Shown here piece by piece: positions 1 through 15,013 of a DNA stretch of 64,000 nt (positions within the stretch are counted from its first letter, which is position 1; each line of letters begins with the position of its first letter). Source of the stretch: Candidatus Latescibacterota bacterium (GTDB taxonomy: Bacteria; Latescibacterota; UBA2968; GCA-2709665). The notes under the pieces are model-generated. The model saw nothing but the letters and a program-made list of their open reading frames with translations. It was not told the DNA's origin and searched no databases. The stretch lies in NCBI GenBank assembly GCA_965222075.1, contig OZ244937.1, positions 2,496,001 through 2,560,000 of the forward strand. Direction: 5' to 3'. A program made the translations under genes and the position numbers.

Positions 1-2
1 TT

Positions 3-475
3 GCTTCAATGAGGCCGCGATCTAATGACCGCGGAAATCATGTTGTATACGGTGAAAAACGGCATCATGATTTGCTTCAATGAGGCCGCGATCTAATGAC
101 CGCGGAAATGAGCTGGGCGTCGTCACACAGATGCGTGGGGGCCTCCTGCTTCAATGAGGCCGCGATCTAATGACCGCGGAAATAGTAAAAAACTTTGAGG
201 ACCGAGAGCATGGAACGAAAGCTTCAATGAGGCCGCGATCTAATGACCGCGGAAATGCATAAGGGGCTGATCATGACAAAAGTCTACGTATCAGCTTCAA
301 TGAGGCCGCGATCTAATGACCGCGGAAATTCTGGGCGCGTATGTTGCACGCAGGGTCCAAAACAGGCTTCAATGAGGCCGCGATCTAATGACCGCGGAAA
401 TGATCTGAACGAAGAGCGGGCCGAGCGGGACGATACCCTGCTTCAATGAGGCCGCGATCTAATGACCGCGGAAAT
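3..475 (-). CRISPR. CRISPR array, type I-G-like: 7 identical 36-bp repeats and 6 spacers of 35-38 bp; probably continues left of the window
   Basis: GCTTCAATGAGGCCGCGATCTAATGACCGCGGAAAT starts at 3, 74, 148, 221, 294, 366 and 440. Minus-strand form ATTTCCGCGGTCATTAGATCGCGGCCTCATTGAAGC has an internal hairpin and a TTGAAGC end. Orientation inferred from the leader and cas genes on the right. Confidence 0.98.
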
Positions 476-659
476 AGCCTATACCGTAATCAACTTATTT
501 TCAACAACCTGCCCAGGCAAATGCGAGCGGCCACATCCCAGACGCCTGAATCCGAATCCTCCACTGATCCCTCCTATGTTTAAGTGACTGTAAACATTGC
601 CTCTTCAACCGACGCGAGCACCCTCCGGATTTTCCTCGCCGCCTCGCCGCTCGCAAGGC
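476..659 (-). promoter_or_regulatory. CRISPR leader
   Basis: Non-coding, relatively AT-rich stretch between the last repeat and the cas1 stop. IHF-like AATCAActtaTTT at 488-500; GCGAGC motifs at 523 and 614, inverted copy at 649. Confidence 0.75.
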
Positions 660-2482
660 TCAGCGCGTTACAAAAACCGGGTACCTGCTCAACTCGCCCT
701 GAAGCGTTTTGGCGAGCAGACGGGCCTGGATTTCGAGTAATCGCCGATAACTGACACGATAGTCGAAGAGAGGATGCGTAACCAGCGTGTTCATCCGAGC
801 CTCATACGCGCGGAAGAACCCTTTTCGACCTGCAACCGTCAACGCAACCGCGTTCCCCGAAGACACGAAGTCGCGCTCGGAGACCATCTTTGTGTTCACC
901 GCGCTGAGCACGGCAGAGTCCACGATCAGGGGACGTAGCGGTTCCATCAGATCTAACGCCAGCGCCGGCCGGCCATGACGCGGCTGATGATAGAAACCGA
1001 TCATCGGATCAAAGCCAACAGCATAGCAGGCAACGGTCAGATCCTTCGTCAGGAGGCTATAGCCGAGCGACAACAGGGCATTGACGGGGTCGCGCGGCGG
1101 CCGGCGATTCCTGGCCTGAAAATTGAAGGAGAACGCCGGATCGCCGTCCCATTCTTCGTCGCGTTTCAACATGCCTCCGAACAACCCGAAATAGATGCGT
1201 GCCGCCCAGCCCTCAAAGCCCAACAGTTCTTCAAGCGACCCGGCCGTTTCCGCTTGACCTACGATCCACGTCAATTCACGCAACACCGCCCTGGACGGTT
1301 CGATGTGATTGCGCCGCAGCATCGTTCGTTGATTGCGAATCTTGCCTGCCACGAGTTGGCGGGCAAGGCGCAGGCAGTACCAGGGTTCGTCGGATAGACG
1401 GAACTGCGCCTGCCGCAAGAAGACGTTCTTCGTGTTGAGCCCGGACGTGACCCCGTAGAACCATCCCCCCTGGGAAAAGTAGCAGATAGGGATCTCCGCC
1501 GTACACAATGCCTGCACGGCCTGCGTGGTCATTTGAACACTGCCCATCAGGCTGACCTGGCAGATCTCGTTGATGCGCACTTCCTGAACCACCTTGTCAC
1601 GCTCTTTGACGCGGAGGACGCCGTTGCTCTTGCCCACGCGCAGTCTATGGGAATTCAAATACAGAGGCTTCTGGTCGGTGCGCGGCGCGACAAGGCGTCG
1701 GACCTCCTGGACCGCAGGTTTCAGGCTTTGTCGCGTGCCATGGAACAAGTCGAGCTGTTCCGCGCCTTCGGGCTCGATGTGAGCTTGCAGATGCCAGGTC
1801 TCATCCGGCATACAGATACCGACCAACGAGCAGCCGGGGCACTTGGGCGAGTCAATGAGTGGCGGCGGTATCTCGATCGCCGCGGCCGTCGTCCACGCCT
1901 CCGCGATGGCTCGCTCGGCTTCGGCGATCGTCTCGTCGTCGAAAGGCACACGCACCCGCTGTCGCGTCTTATGGTAGAAAATGACGCCTTCGTCACAGCA
2001 ATAGCCGTGGGCGCGCAACACGAGCGCCTGGACAGATAGTTGAACGCGGTCGTTGGGCCAGGCTTCCACACCGTGCTCACTGGCCATTGGACGGCCGTGT
2101 TTGTAATCGACCGGCGTGACCCGCCCCTCCGTGAATTCTGCCAAATCCAGCTTGGCGATGACGCGATGTTCTTCCGACGACAGCGTGATTGACCGCACGA
2201 CGACGGGCGCTTCCGATTCTTCACCTGTCTGCGTGCGGTGACGCACAGGCAGGTCGGGCCGGGGCGCCGCCTGTGCTTCCCGGTCGACGCGCTTGTGCTG
2301 GACCGCCCCCTCGGCGGTGTGCTCGTTGTGGACAAAGATACCTTCCACTTGTTCGAAGTAGAACAGCCGCGGGCAATAGACATACTCATTGATCATGCGC
2401 GCGGGGAGATAGTCGGGCAACGGCCGACGGGACGCGTGAAGTTCCTGAGCGGGGGGAGCGCTCATATTGACTCTCACCTCCA

Positions 2483-2483
<1 letters not shown>
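660..2483 (-). CDS. cas4-cas1: Cas4-Cas1 fusion
   Basis: N-terminal Cas4 (YCPR, VDYK, C-x2-C-x5-C: CPGCSLVGIC); C-terminal Cas1 (GFEG, RRPPRDPVNALLS, GFYH, LDLMEPLRP). Confidence 0.96.
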
Positions 2484-2779
<296 letters not shown>

Positions 2780-2875
2780 TCAGAAGGTTGATCTATGTTT
2801 CGGTGCTGTGCGCTGGAGCATTCGTGCGAGATAGAGAACTTGGACTGTTCAACACGCGCCGTAAACCCGTCGGGC

Positions 2876-2908
2876 TTACGGAATAACCTCAAAGCCCATC
2901 TGTCGGTA
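2876..2908 (-). pseudogene. C-terminal relic of a VapC/PIN toxin
   Basis: Reads YRQMGFEVIP-stop directly after the antitoxin stop; resembles the typical C-terminus of PIN toxins. The rest of the gene is absent. Confidence 0.55.
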
Positions 2909-2912
2909 GACC

Positions 2913-3164
2913 TCACCGGTACAGCACTTCATCGTGCAGTGCGGCAACGTCCCCCGATTCGGATTTACCAACGGCTGGGGCCTGGTACAGCGAATCAGAT
3001 TCCAGTGGCGCGTTTCCGATCGGTGGACTGCCAACCGGGACGATGTCGAAAGCCGGACGACTGCGGTATAGAACGGTAAATCGCTCCCCGCGCCGCACTC
3101 TCTTAACGACATCCTGCAGGCGCTCTCGAAGCTGTTTGGCGCTGATCACCTCTGGCATAGTCAT
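2913..3164 (-). CDS. Phd/YefM-family antitoxin (orphan)
   Basis: ISAKQLRERLQDVVKRVRRGERFTVLYRSRPAFDIVP fits the Phd N-terminal DNA-binding fold; AAGGAG RBS. Confidence 0.85.
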   Translation of the reverse strand: MTMPEVISAKQLRERLQDVVKRVRRGERFTVLYRSRPAFDIVPVGSPPIGNAPLESDSLYQAPAVGKSESGDVAALHDEVLYR

Positions 3165-3171
3165 GCTCCTT

Positions 3172-3213
3172 TCAAGTTTAACTCAAGATAATCTTTTCTC
3201 GAAAGCGATACAA
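3172..3213 (-). promoter_or_regulatory. sigma70-like promoter and operator of the antitoxin
   Basis: TTGTAT-17-TATCTT followed by the near-palindrome GAGTT-A-AACTTGA; 28/30 identical to 12674-12703. Confidence 0.65.
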
Positions 3214-3234
3214 GCACCCAAGCTCTACTGGACG

Positions 3235-4845
3235 TTAATCACGTGCGAACATTCCAAGGCCAAAATGGCAGGCATAGCCAAGAGCTAAGGGTCCCTTAAT
3301 TGGCTCGTTAAAACTCAGGCGCAGCAAGGCCCCTTGCGCGTCGGGTTGTTTCTCTCGCCCCCGCGAACGGAACCGGTGAAAATGGACTGGTCGGCGGGAA
3401 ACACCATGGACCTTGATGTTGCTCAAGATCTCGACTTGAACAGGCCCAGTACGCGAACTGGATGCGATCTCCCGGCGTTTCCAAAGCCGGTTTACCTCGC
3501 CCTCATAGCCAGCCTTTTTCAAATGACCAGCCGCCAAAAAGGGCGTTATGCTGACCCATTCATCGGAACAGCCAAATAGCCTTGATGTATCCGCAAAGTC
3601 CTCCGGGCGGCCAAAGCCCTCCAGGGCCAGCCGCCATTCCTGGCGGCCGCTCTCTTCATCTCCTTCTTCTCCACCGGAATCGTTTCTGCTGACCCACAAT
3701 CGGGTCAAGCGATCCAGCTTCTCGCGCACTGCGGCATCGAAACCTTCCTCTGCGTAAACCGATATGTGGTCAATCCAGCCATCGCCATCGGCGTCCTCGG
3801 GCAGCCAAAAAGCGTGAGAATGCCGACCGTCTCGCAAAGGTTTGTTGTCGGGACCGCGGCCCGAGATCACCGACGGCGCTTTGGGTCTCCTGTTCTTCCA
3901 ACCGAACTTGGAAAGCACGGCCAGCCGCATGAGTTCGCCGATCTTGACTGCGTCCTCAATGCGAGGTAGTGGACGGCCGGCCAGGAGATAGCGCGCTACG
4001 GTGAAACGATTGCGGCCAACGGCGTGGCGACGCGGACTAACATGTCGCGGAACGGGCGACAGCGGCGGACGAATGTAAACGATCTCGCGTGCGGCCGGCG
4101 GCCGATTCCAGCGGTACTTCTGGTAATCGGCCGTATCAAGCGTCAAGGCGTCGGACAAGCGTTCCGGCAAGGTCGGCCCAAACGCCTCGTTGTGCGCCCT
4201 TTCAAGTGCTTTGGGCGTGGGGAGTCTCTTGCCGGAAGCAGCGGCGCGGGAACGCTCTGCATCGTCGGCTTCCTCTAACAGGCGCGTGCGTTCTACGGCA
4301 TAGTCCCTGGCACTGCGCGGCACGAGCAACCGCACCGCTTCCCCGTCAGTGGCCCCATTTTGGCCGACCAGGCGGCAGTTTGTCTCTCCCCCCCAGTCGA
4401 TTGTCGCTTCGCAGTCAACCCAACTCTCGGCACGGCCCAAGTAGCCGATCCCTTCGGCGAGGTCGGCCGCCAAGTCAAAAAGATTTGCGTCCAATTCGAG
4501 TTCCGGCCAAACCGCTACGATCTTCTCGCCTTTGGGAAGGTGTGCGAAGGCGTCGAAGACGAGCGTCGTCTTCACCGGCGCGGGCATGTAGTGCCGGGTA
4601 TGCGCATGGATCGCGCCTTCGGGCAGGTGGTAGATCGGCACATCCTCGGCGAGCGCGTCCATTAGCCGGGCGAGCGCGTCCTCGGACCAGCGCACCCTGT
4701 CTCCCTTACGCCAATAGCTGGCGACGAGCGCCCGGAGAATGCGCCACGGCTCCGGCGGCCAAGCGACATCGGCTTCGTTGACATGGCGTCCCCACGGGGT
4801 GGCGTGATAGCGGCCCGTGGGGAAGCTGAAAGTAAGCGCGAACAT
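3235..4845 (-). CDS. csb2: Csb2 (Cas5/Cas6 fusion, type I-G)
   Basis: GRYHATPWG...WPPEPWRILRAL, YLGRAES, and the C-terminal Cas6 glycine loop GPLALGYACHFGLGMF. Confidence 0.93.
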   Translation of the reverse strand: MFALTFSFPTGRYHATPWGRHVNEADVAWPPEPWRILRALVASYWRKGDRVRWSEDALARLMDALAEDVPIYHLPEGAIHAHTRHYMPAPVKTTLVFDAFAHLPKGEKIVAVWPELELDANLFDLAADLAEGIGYLGRAESWVDCEATIDWGGETNCRLVGQNGATDGEAVRLLVPRSARDYAVERTRLLEEADDAERSRAAASGKRLPTPKALERAHNEAFGPTLPERLSDALTLDTADYQKYRWNRPPAAREIVYIRPPLSPVPRHVSPRRHAVGRNRFTVARYLLAGRPLPRIEDAVKIGELMRLAVLSKFGWKNRRPKAPSVISGRGPDNKPLRDGRHSHAFWLPEDADGDGWIDHISVYAEEGFDAAVREKLDRLTRLWVSRNDSGGEEGDEESGRQEWRLALEGFGRPEDFADTSRLFGCSDEWVSITPFLAAGHLKKAGYEGEVNRLWKRREIASSSRTGPVQVEILSNIKVHGVSRRPVHFHRFRSRGREKQPDAQGALLRLSFNEPIKGPLALGYACHFGLGMFARD

Positions 4846-4852
4846 TCAAGAC

Positions 4853-8118
<3,266 letters not shown>

Positions 8119-8129
<11 letters not shown>

Positions 8130-10551
8130 ATCCACCATCCAGTTCTTCTTTTGCTGATGCCCGCCAGTCCGCAATACGCACCAGTGCCTCCAGCAAAGCA
8201 AGCCGGAAAGGGCCGTACTGGGAAAGCAAGTGGCGCGTACGCTCGGTCCAACTCGCGCCTGTTTCCGGATGCTCCCCCAACTCCATCACGGATAGTGCGA
8301 GCGGCCCGCCGGACCAGGTTTCCCCATCGCCCAAGTCAACCGGCGGTACCTCATCACCCTCCCACACACCGCGTGCAAAACGGCGGCTACCATCTTCCAT
8401 TGCCGGCCTTTCGGCCGGAAGCGGACGCAAGTTCAGACGCACCTTGCCGTGATGGGCGGCGATCAGGTACGCAACCAGATCCGCCTCACGCACCCAGTCC
8501 GCTTGTGAGAGGATCGCGAGCGCAGACGCCAGCTCGTGCCGGAAATACGCACGTCCTTTCGTCCGGTCGTATTTCGGAGCCTTGGCTAACAACCCCTTCG
8601 GTCTTGAATCGGCCTCCAGATTACTCGCAACCATCCGTGCCTGAAATTCAGGGTGTGCCTTGCCGAGGTCGTGCCAGTACGCTGCCCGCACAATCGCTGC
8701 TTTCCAAGCTTCACAAACGCCGAGGCCATCGCACAGGTGACCAGCTTCAAAAGCCACGTGATCCAGATGGTCCGTCAGGCCCACGAACCCTCCCTGCTCG
8801 CTGTCAGAATCGGCGTCGTTCGACTCGTCTGCTGCCTGTGAGGGCAACTTCGCCGACTCCACGGGCTCGACTGCTGCTTTAATTGTCTGATCGAATCCCG
8901 TTTCCGGCGCGTACCCTCCGGCATTCGCATGAACCAACAATACCAAGCCCGGCCAAGGTGCCTCGCTGAACTCGGTCCAAGCAGGGACCCTGCCCTTACT
9001 TTCAGCTCGTGCCTGCGGGTCTATACGAAACACCCGCTGTCCTTCCTTTTTTCTTACATTCTCAAGCCAATTGCGCGCGCGCCCAATCGGAACCGCACAA
9101 AGCTCGTCCCGCATCGGCGCGGGCTGATCCTCCAGTCCAGTCGAAACGTCGAAATTGCGCCAGAAAACGCGAATATCGGTATCCTCGGCATCGCGGATGT
9201 AGGGAGCGACATCGACATCAAAACCGGTCAAATCTGGATCGGTGTCGTATAGGTCCAGCATATCCCTAGATCGCATCACCCACTGATGGGCGCAATCGTC
9301 GACTGCCGGCGGCACGAGATTGGACGGCCGGGCGTCCGTCAACACAGCAATCCGCTCGCGCCCGATTTTGAGCTCGTCAATCTCATAAGGAGCGGCCAGC
9401 GAATCATCGAGATCGCCACCGCTGAGATCAATCCAGCGGATCCTCCCGCCGCCGGAATCGTTCAATTCTCCGTAGCGGTTCACCCGACCAAACCGCTGGA
9501 CGAGGGACGAGGCGGGCGCGAGTTCGGTGAGCATGACCGCCGCCGAAAGATCGACACCCGCTTCAATCGCCTGCGTCGCAACGACAATCAAGTCTTTCAC
9601 TTCCCCAGGCTCCGGCAGCTTGTCCATCTGCGCTTTGCGGTCTTTGGGCCGAAAGCGCGAGTGAATGAGGGCGAGGCGGGTGGGCGGAATATCCTTTTTC
9701 TGGAGTTCCTTATGCACAGCTTGAGCGCGGGCGACGGTATTGACCACCACGAGCGTCGTGCGGTTCCCTTGGTGCAGATGCAGAGTTTCCTCCGCCAACG
9801 CCGTGGCGTAGGCATCCAGATCGTCTTTCTTGTCGCTCACAGGTGCGACGGGTGTCTGTTGAATCGGCTTGGGCGCGTCAATCAGCTTGCGGACATGCGG
9901 CGATTGCGCGTCTTCGGGGAAATCGTCTGGAACGCGCCAAACTGTCGGACTTTGCTGGAAATCAACCGTGCATAGCCAGTCTGGATGAAGGGTCGCCGAC
10001 ACCCAGAGACTGCGCGAGGCAATCTCCGTCCCCAATTTGCGGCGAAAGCCTTCAAGTTGTGTGGAGGTCGCCAGTCCCGAGCCCATGAGTTGCACCTCGT
10101 CAAAGACCCACTGCGCGTCGTTGTGCAGCAACGCGAAGTCCACCGGCCAGCGGAAGCGGCTCATGGCGTACCCCCGCATCAGGGCGCGACTGAGCAGCAT
10201 GTCTTGTGTCCCAATCAGGATGGCCGGATGCTCGGGGTTTTCAAACCAGCGCGGTTCGTCAATGCCCCCCATCAGGACATGGACTCCGGTTTCGGGATCC
10301 GGCAGGCGCGATTTCCAGTGCATATCTGCTTCGCCCAGCCGTCGCAGCCATTCTCTGACATTCCGCTCCGTCTGGTCAACGAGTGTGCGCATCGGCAGGC
10401 AATAGACGAGGCGACGTGGATCGTATGGCGTCAACATCCGGTAAGTGGCCGAGGCGCCCATTATCCGTTTGAGTTTGGCCATCGAAGGAGTGAGTCCAGT
10501 GTTCTCGCCATCACTCTCCAAAGGCTGCTTCGTGTCGTTGTCGGAGTTCAC
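8119..10551 (-). CDS. cas3: Cas3 (helicase plus C-terminal HD), N-terminally truncated/chimeric, lacks Walker A
   Basis: PRRLVYCLPMRTL, GTQDMLLSRAL, DEVQ, SAT, ATQAIEAGVD, QRFGRVNR; HD motifs HDLGK, RHE, HHG, ADWRAS. No TGxGKT upstream. Likely GTG start at 10551 after an AGGAG RBS. Confidence 0.85.
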
Positions 10552-10587
10552 GCAATTGCTCCTGTGAGGGTTCGACCCGGTTCCCGA

Positions 10588-10933
10588 CGCCAACATGAAC
10601 GCGTCCACGGGAATGAGCCGCTCATTCACGGGGTCAATGCCCAAGCTGAATATCTCCAAAGTGACAGCGCCAAGCAGCGGTTGCACGCAGAACACAACAG
10701 GCGAAATGTCCTCGCGGCCGCAGTCGCATCCAGGTCCTTCCAAAGCCTCGCTCAACGCGGCTGCCATCGGCGAGGACGAACCTCCGGACACTGTGCGGAA
10801 CCACGCCCAAGCGCTCGAGGATCGAAGCCGGAAGGACTGTGCAGGTCGCCCCGGAGTCCACCATGGCTTCGACGGTTTCGTAATGGCGGCCTTCCGGATC
10901 AGCCACCTCGAGCGGCACAATAAACGTACGCAT
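10588..10933 (-). pseudogene. Retropepsin-like (clan AA) aspartyl protease, frameshifted at about 10720
   Basis: MRTFIV...EAMVDSGATCTVLP...RTWMRL in one frame, then GREDISPVVF..PLLGAVTLEIFSLGIDPVNERL in the cas3 frame. Confidence 0.85.
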
Positions 10934-11011
10934 GGTCTTTACGCCCTCCTCAGGGATGGTCGACGTAATGGACTTCGACGCCTGCCCCCGCTTCGTGCGC
11001 CTCCCGAACAC

Positions 11012-12559
11012 TCAAGCCCGCTCTACCTCGAACGCCGTCAGGTTGCGCGCGTCCTTGCTGAACTCCACGGCGACCAGGTAAATCGGCTGGCCCAGGCCTC
11101 GATACTTGTCGGCGTAGCGCTTCTCTTTCAACTGGGCCAGCGCCGCGCCCTCCGGCGTCATTTCCACTACCTTGAACTCGAAGAGGTAGACGTTGTCGTT
11201 GAAGCGAACCGCCATGTCTACGCGGCCGTGGCTGCTGCTGTCCTCCACCGTGATGTCCAGCCCCAGCGCCGCAAAATAGGAGTAGAACACGCTGGCGTAA
11301 TAGCCCTCGTAGCGGGCGATGTCGTTGTTCGTGTACCACTCGTAGGGTATGCTGGCAAAGAAGGCGTGGAATAACGTCTCAAGGCCGGCGAAGTCGTTGG
11401 CCTCCAGCAGCCGGTAGAGCCGGACGCTGTTCGCCATCTGCCGCGATGGGTCCTTCACCAGGTAGCGCAACAGACTCCGGTTCAGGCTCTGCCACACTTC
11501 CCGATTGGGATAGCCGAGGCGATAGACAGGCTCGCCGCCGAGGTCCTCCTCGTCGGTTATCGTGAGGTAGCCGGTCTGGAACAGCAGCGCCTCCGTCGCC
11601 ATATCGTCCACGTCAAAGGTGGACAGCAGATCCCCGCTGCCGACCATGTCATCCAGAGCAAGGGCACTTACCCGGCGCTTGCACAGCGTTTCGACCAGGA
11701 ACGCCGGCGTGCCCGTCTCGAACCACCAGGCACCGAACCTGCGCTTGTCGAAGAGCAGCAGGATGTCGAAGGGGTTGTACATCTTCTCGTCGCCCAGCCA
11801 GCTGTAGCCGTTGTACCAGTCGCGGATCTCGTCCCGGTCGAGGCCGGGGAGCTCCGGCGCGAACACCGTGTCGAGGTCCGCCTCGGTGTAGCCGCAGATA
11901 GCGGAATAGCGCGGGTCGAGGGTGATGTCGATGAGGTTGTTGAGGCCGGAGAACAGGCTGACCTTGGAGAACTTGCTCACTCCGGTAATAAAGGTGAAAC
12001 GGATGTGGGCATCGCTGTCCTTGATCGTCGCATAGAAGCCGCGCAGAAAGTCGCGGTTGGCGCGGGCGACCTCCGGCGTATCCAGTGCGTCCAGGATCGG
12101 CTTGTCGTATTCGTCAATCAACACCACAACGCGCTGACCAACACGCTCGTGCAGCGCCTTGATCAAGTGGCGGAAGCGGGCCGGCGTGGTGTTGTAGCGA
12201 GCAGGGACCGCCGTTTCGTCCCCCAGGGCCTCCAACCGGTCCATCACTTCCGCGCGCAGATCGTCCGGGCGCTGGAAGTTGCCGCTGCCGAAGCTGAGAC
12301 GCAGGACGGGGTGGCGCACCGACCAGTCCCAGTGATCGTGGATGTCCAGCCCCTCGAACAGCGGCTTGTTGCCCTCGAACAGCTCCTTGCACGTGTCCAG
12401 GAACAGGCTCTTGCCGAAGCGCCGCGGGCGCGACAGGAAGTAGTGCTTGCCCTCGTCAAGCAGCCTGCGGATGTAGGCCGTCTTGTCGACATAGTAGCAG
12501 TCCTCCTCGCGGAGCTCGCCGAAGGTCTGCATACCGATGGGTAGTCTGCGTCTGGGCAT
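11012..12559 (-). CDS. AAA-ATPase-like protein with C-terminal PD-(D/E)XK nuclease domain
   Basis: LPIGMQTF, YYVDKT, SRPRRFGKS, LIDEYDKP, YNGY, GRVDMAV...FEFK. Confidence 0.92.
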   Translation of the reverse strand: MPRRRLPIGMQTFGELREEDCYYVDKTAYIRRLLDEGKHYFLSRPRRFGKSLFLDTCKELFEGNKPLFEGLDIHDHWDWSVRHPVLRLSFGSGNFQRPDDLRAEVMDRLEALGDETAVPARYNTTPARFRHLIKALHERVGQRVVVLIDEYDKPILDALDTPEVARANRDFLRGFYATIKDSDAHIRFTFITGVSKFSKVSLFSGLNNLIDITLDPRYSAICGYTEADLDTVFAPELPGLDRDEIRDWYNGYSWLGDEKMYNPFDILLLFDKRRFGAWWFETGTPAFLVETLCKRRVSALALDDMVGSGDLLSTFDVDDMATEALLFQTGYLTITDEEDLGGEPVYRLGYPNREVWQSLNRSLLRYLVKDPSRQMANSVRLYRLLEANDFAGLETLFHAFFASIPYEWYTNNDIARYEGYYASVFYSYFAALGLDITVEDSSSHGRVDMAVRFNDNVYLFEFKVVEMTPEGAALAQLKEKRYADKYRGLGQPIYLVAVEFSKDARNLTAFEVERA

Positions 12560-12673
12560 GGGCACGTTACTCCAGGCACCGGGCGATGTAATCCTTAACC
12601 AGTTCCGTTTGGGCTGCACTGCGAACGGAGCCCGTTTTCCGTACTTGACGAATCCGGAATCGCAGCACCTTTC

Positions 12674-12715
12674 TCAAGTTTAACTTAAGATAAACTTTTC
12701 TCGGAACCGGGGCAA
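12674..12715 (-). promoter_or_regulatory. sigma70-like promoter/operator, paralogue of the antitoxin promoter, at the head of the defence island
   Basis: TTGCCC-17-TATCTT followed by AAGTT-A-AACTTGA; 28/30 identity with 3172-3201. Confidence 0.65.
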
Positions 12716-12759
12716 GACCGTCCGGCTGCGGTCGGAACATTTCCATAAAGGCCATAAGC

Positions 12760-12798
12760 AACAAACGGGGCGCTCTTAAACAGAGCGCCCCGTTTGTT
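12760..12798 (-). terminator. Intrinsic terminator downstream of groEL
   Basis: Perfect 17-bp stem AACAAACGGGGCGCTCT / AGAGCGCCCCGTTTGTT with a 5-nt loop. Confidence 0.85.
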
Positions 12799-12814
12799 AT
12801 TCGGCTTGTGTTGC

Positions 12815-14449
<1,635 letters not shown>

Positions 14450-14472
14450 TTATAAAAGTCACAAAGCCCCGG

Positions 14473-14769
14473 TTAGCTTTCGATAATCGCCAGAATGTCG
14501 CCTTCCGACATAATCAGGTGCTCCTCATCGTCTAATTGTACCTCGGTACCGCCGTACTTTCCGTACAGCACCAGATCCCCGGGCTTGACCGAAAGGGCGA
14601 TCCTTTTGCCCGAATCGTCGACCTTACCCTCGCCCACGGCCACGACTTTGCCCCGCTGCGGCTTCTCCTTGGCCGTATCGGGAATGATAATGCCGCCCTT
14701 GACCTGCTCTTCCTCCTCTTCAGGCTTAACCAAGACACGGTCGCCCAGTGGTTTAACATTTACTGCCAT
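14473..14769 (-). CDS. groES: Co-chaperonin GroES
   Basis: [24 protein letters not shown]. Confidence 0.99.
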   Translation of the reverse strand: MAVNVKPLGDRVLVKPEEEEEQVKGGIIIPDTAKEKPQRGKVVAVGEGKVDDSGKRIALSVKPGDLVLYGKYGGTEVQLDDEEHLIMSEGDILAIIES

Positions 14770-14840
14770 GTCCCTATCCTCCTTTAGATACGGGAAGTTG
14801 GGTTAACATCAACCGAATGATAACATGTTGCCACAGTTTG

Positions 14841-14867
14841 TTAGCACTCTCTATTGTTGAGTGCTAA
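14841..14867. promoter_or_regulatory. CIRCE element (HrcA operator)
   Basis: Exact TTAGCACTC-N9-GAGTGCTAA upstream of groES. Confidence 0.97.
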
Positions 14868-14876
14868 CACATGAAC

Positions 14877-14905
14877 AATATATAAAAGCACCCTCTGTTT
14901 GGCAA
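14877..14905 (-). promoter_or_regulatory. sigma70 promoter of groESL
   Basis: TTGCCA-17-TATATT just upstream of CIRCE. Confidence 0.7.
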
Positions 14906-14948
14906 GAGAAATCTACCTTTTTTGCAGGCGCAAACGCCCTTTGCTTCC

Positions 14949-14988
14949 AAAAAAATGAGGGCCTGTCTCGTCGCTTCAAGACAGACCC
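14949..14988 (-). terminator. Terminator after sodN
   Basis: GC-rich stem (14959-14970 / 14977-14988) followed by a T-tract on the minus strand. Confidence 0.6.
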
Positions 14989-15013
14989 GTATACTCCCGC
15001 AGCCCCCAATTTC

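Noticed and set aside
39-439. Possible self-targeting spacers
   Set aside because: No match noticed by eye within the window; a real search against the genome is needed.
243-449. 68-aa ORF with repeated SMRPRSNDRGN
   Set aside because: It is a translation of the CRISPR repeats.
10563-10585. GTGAGGGTTCGACCC, tRNA T-arm-like / possible att site
   Set aside because: The stem does not close and there is no acceptor arm or second copy.
10552-10920. N-terminal extension of the 933-aa Cas3 ORF as given in the track
   Set aside because: The first part is an off-frame reading of the protease and the rest is its distal half; the start at 10920 has no RBS.
12567-12764. 65-aa ORF upstream of the AAA gene
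   Set aside because: It spans the promoter copy; only the tail (QTELVKDYIARCLE) may be a gene remnant, and I cannot assign it.
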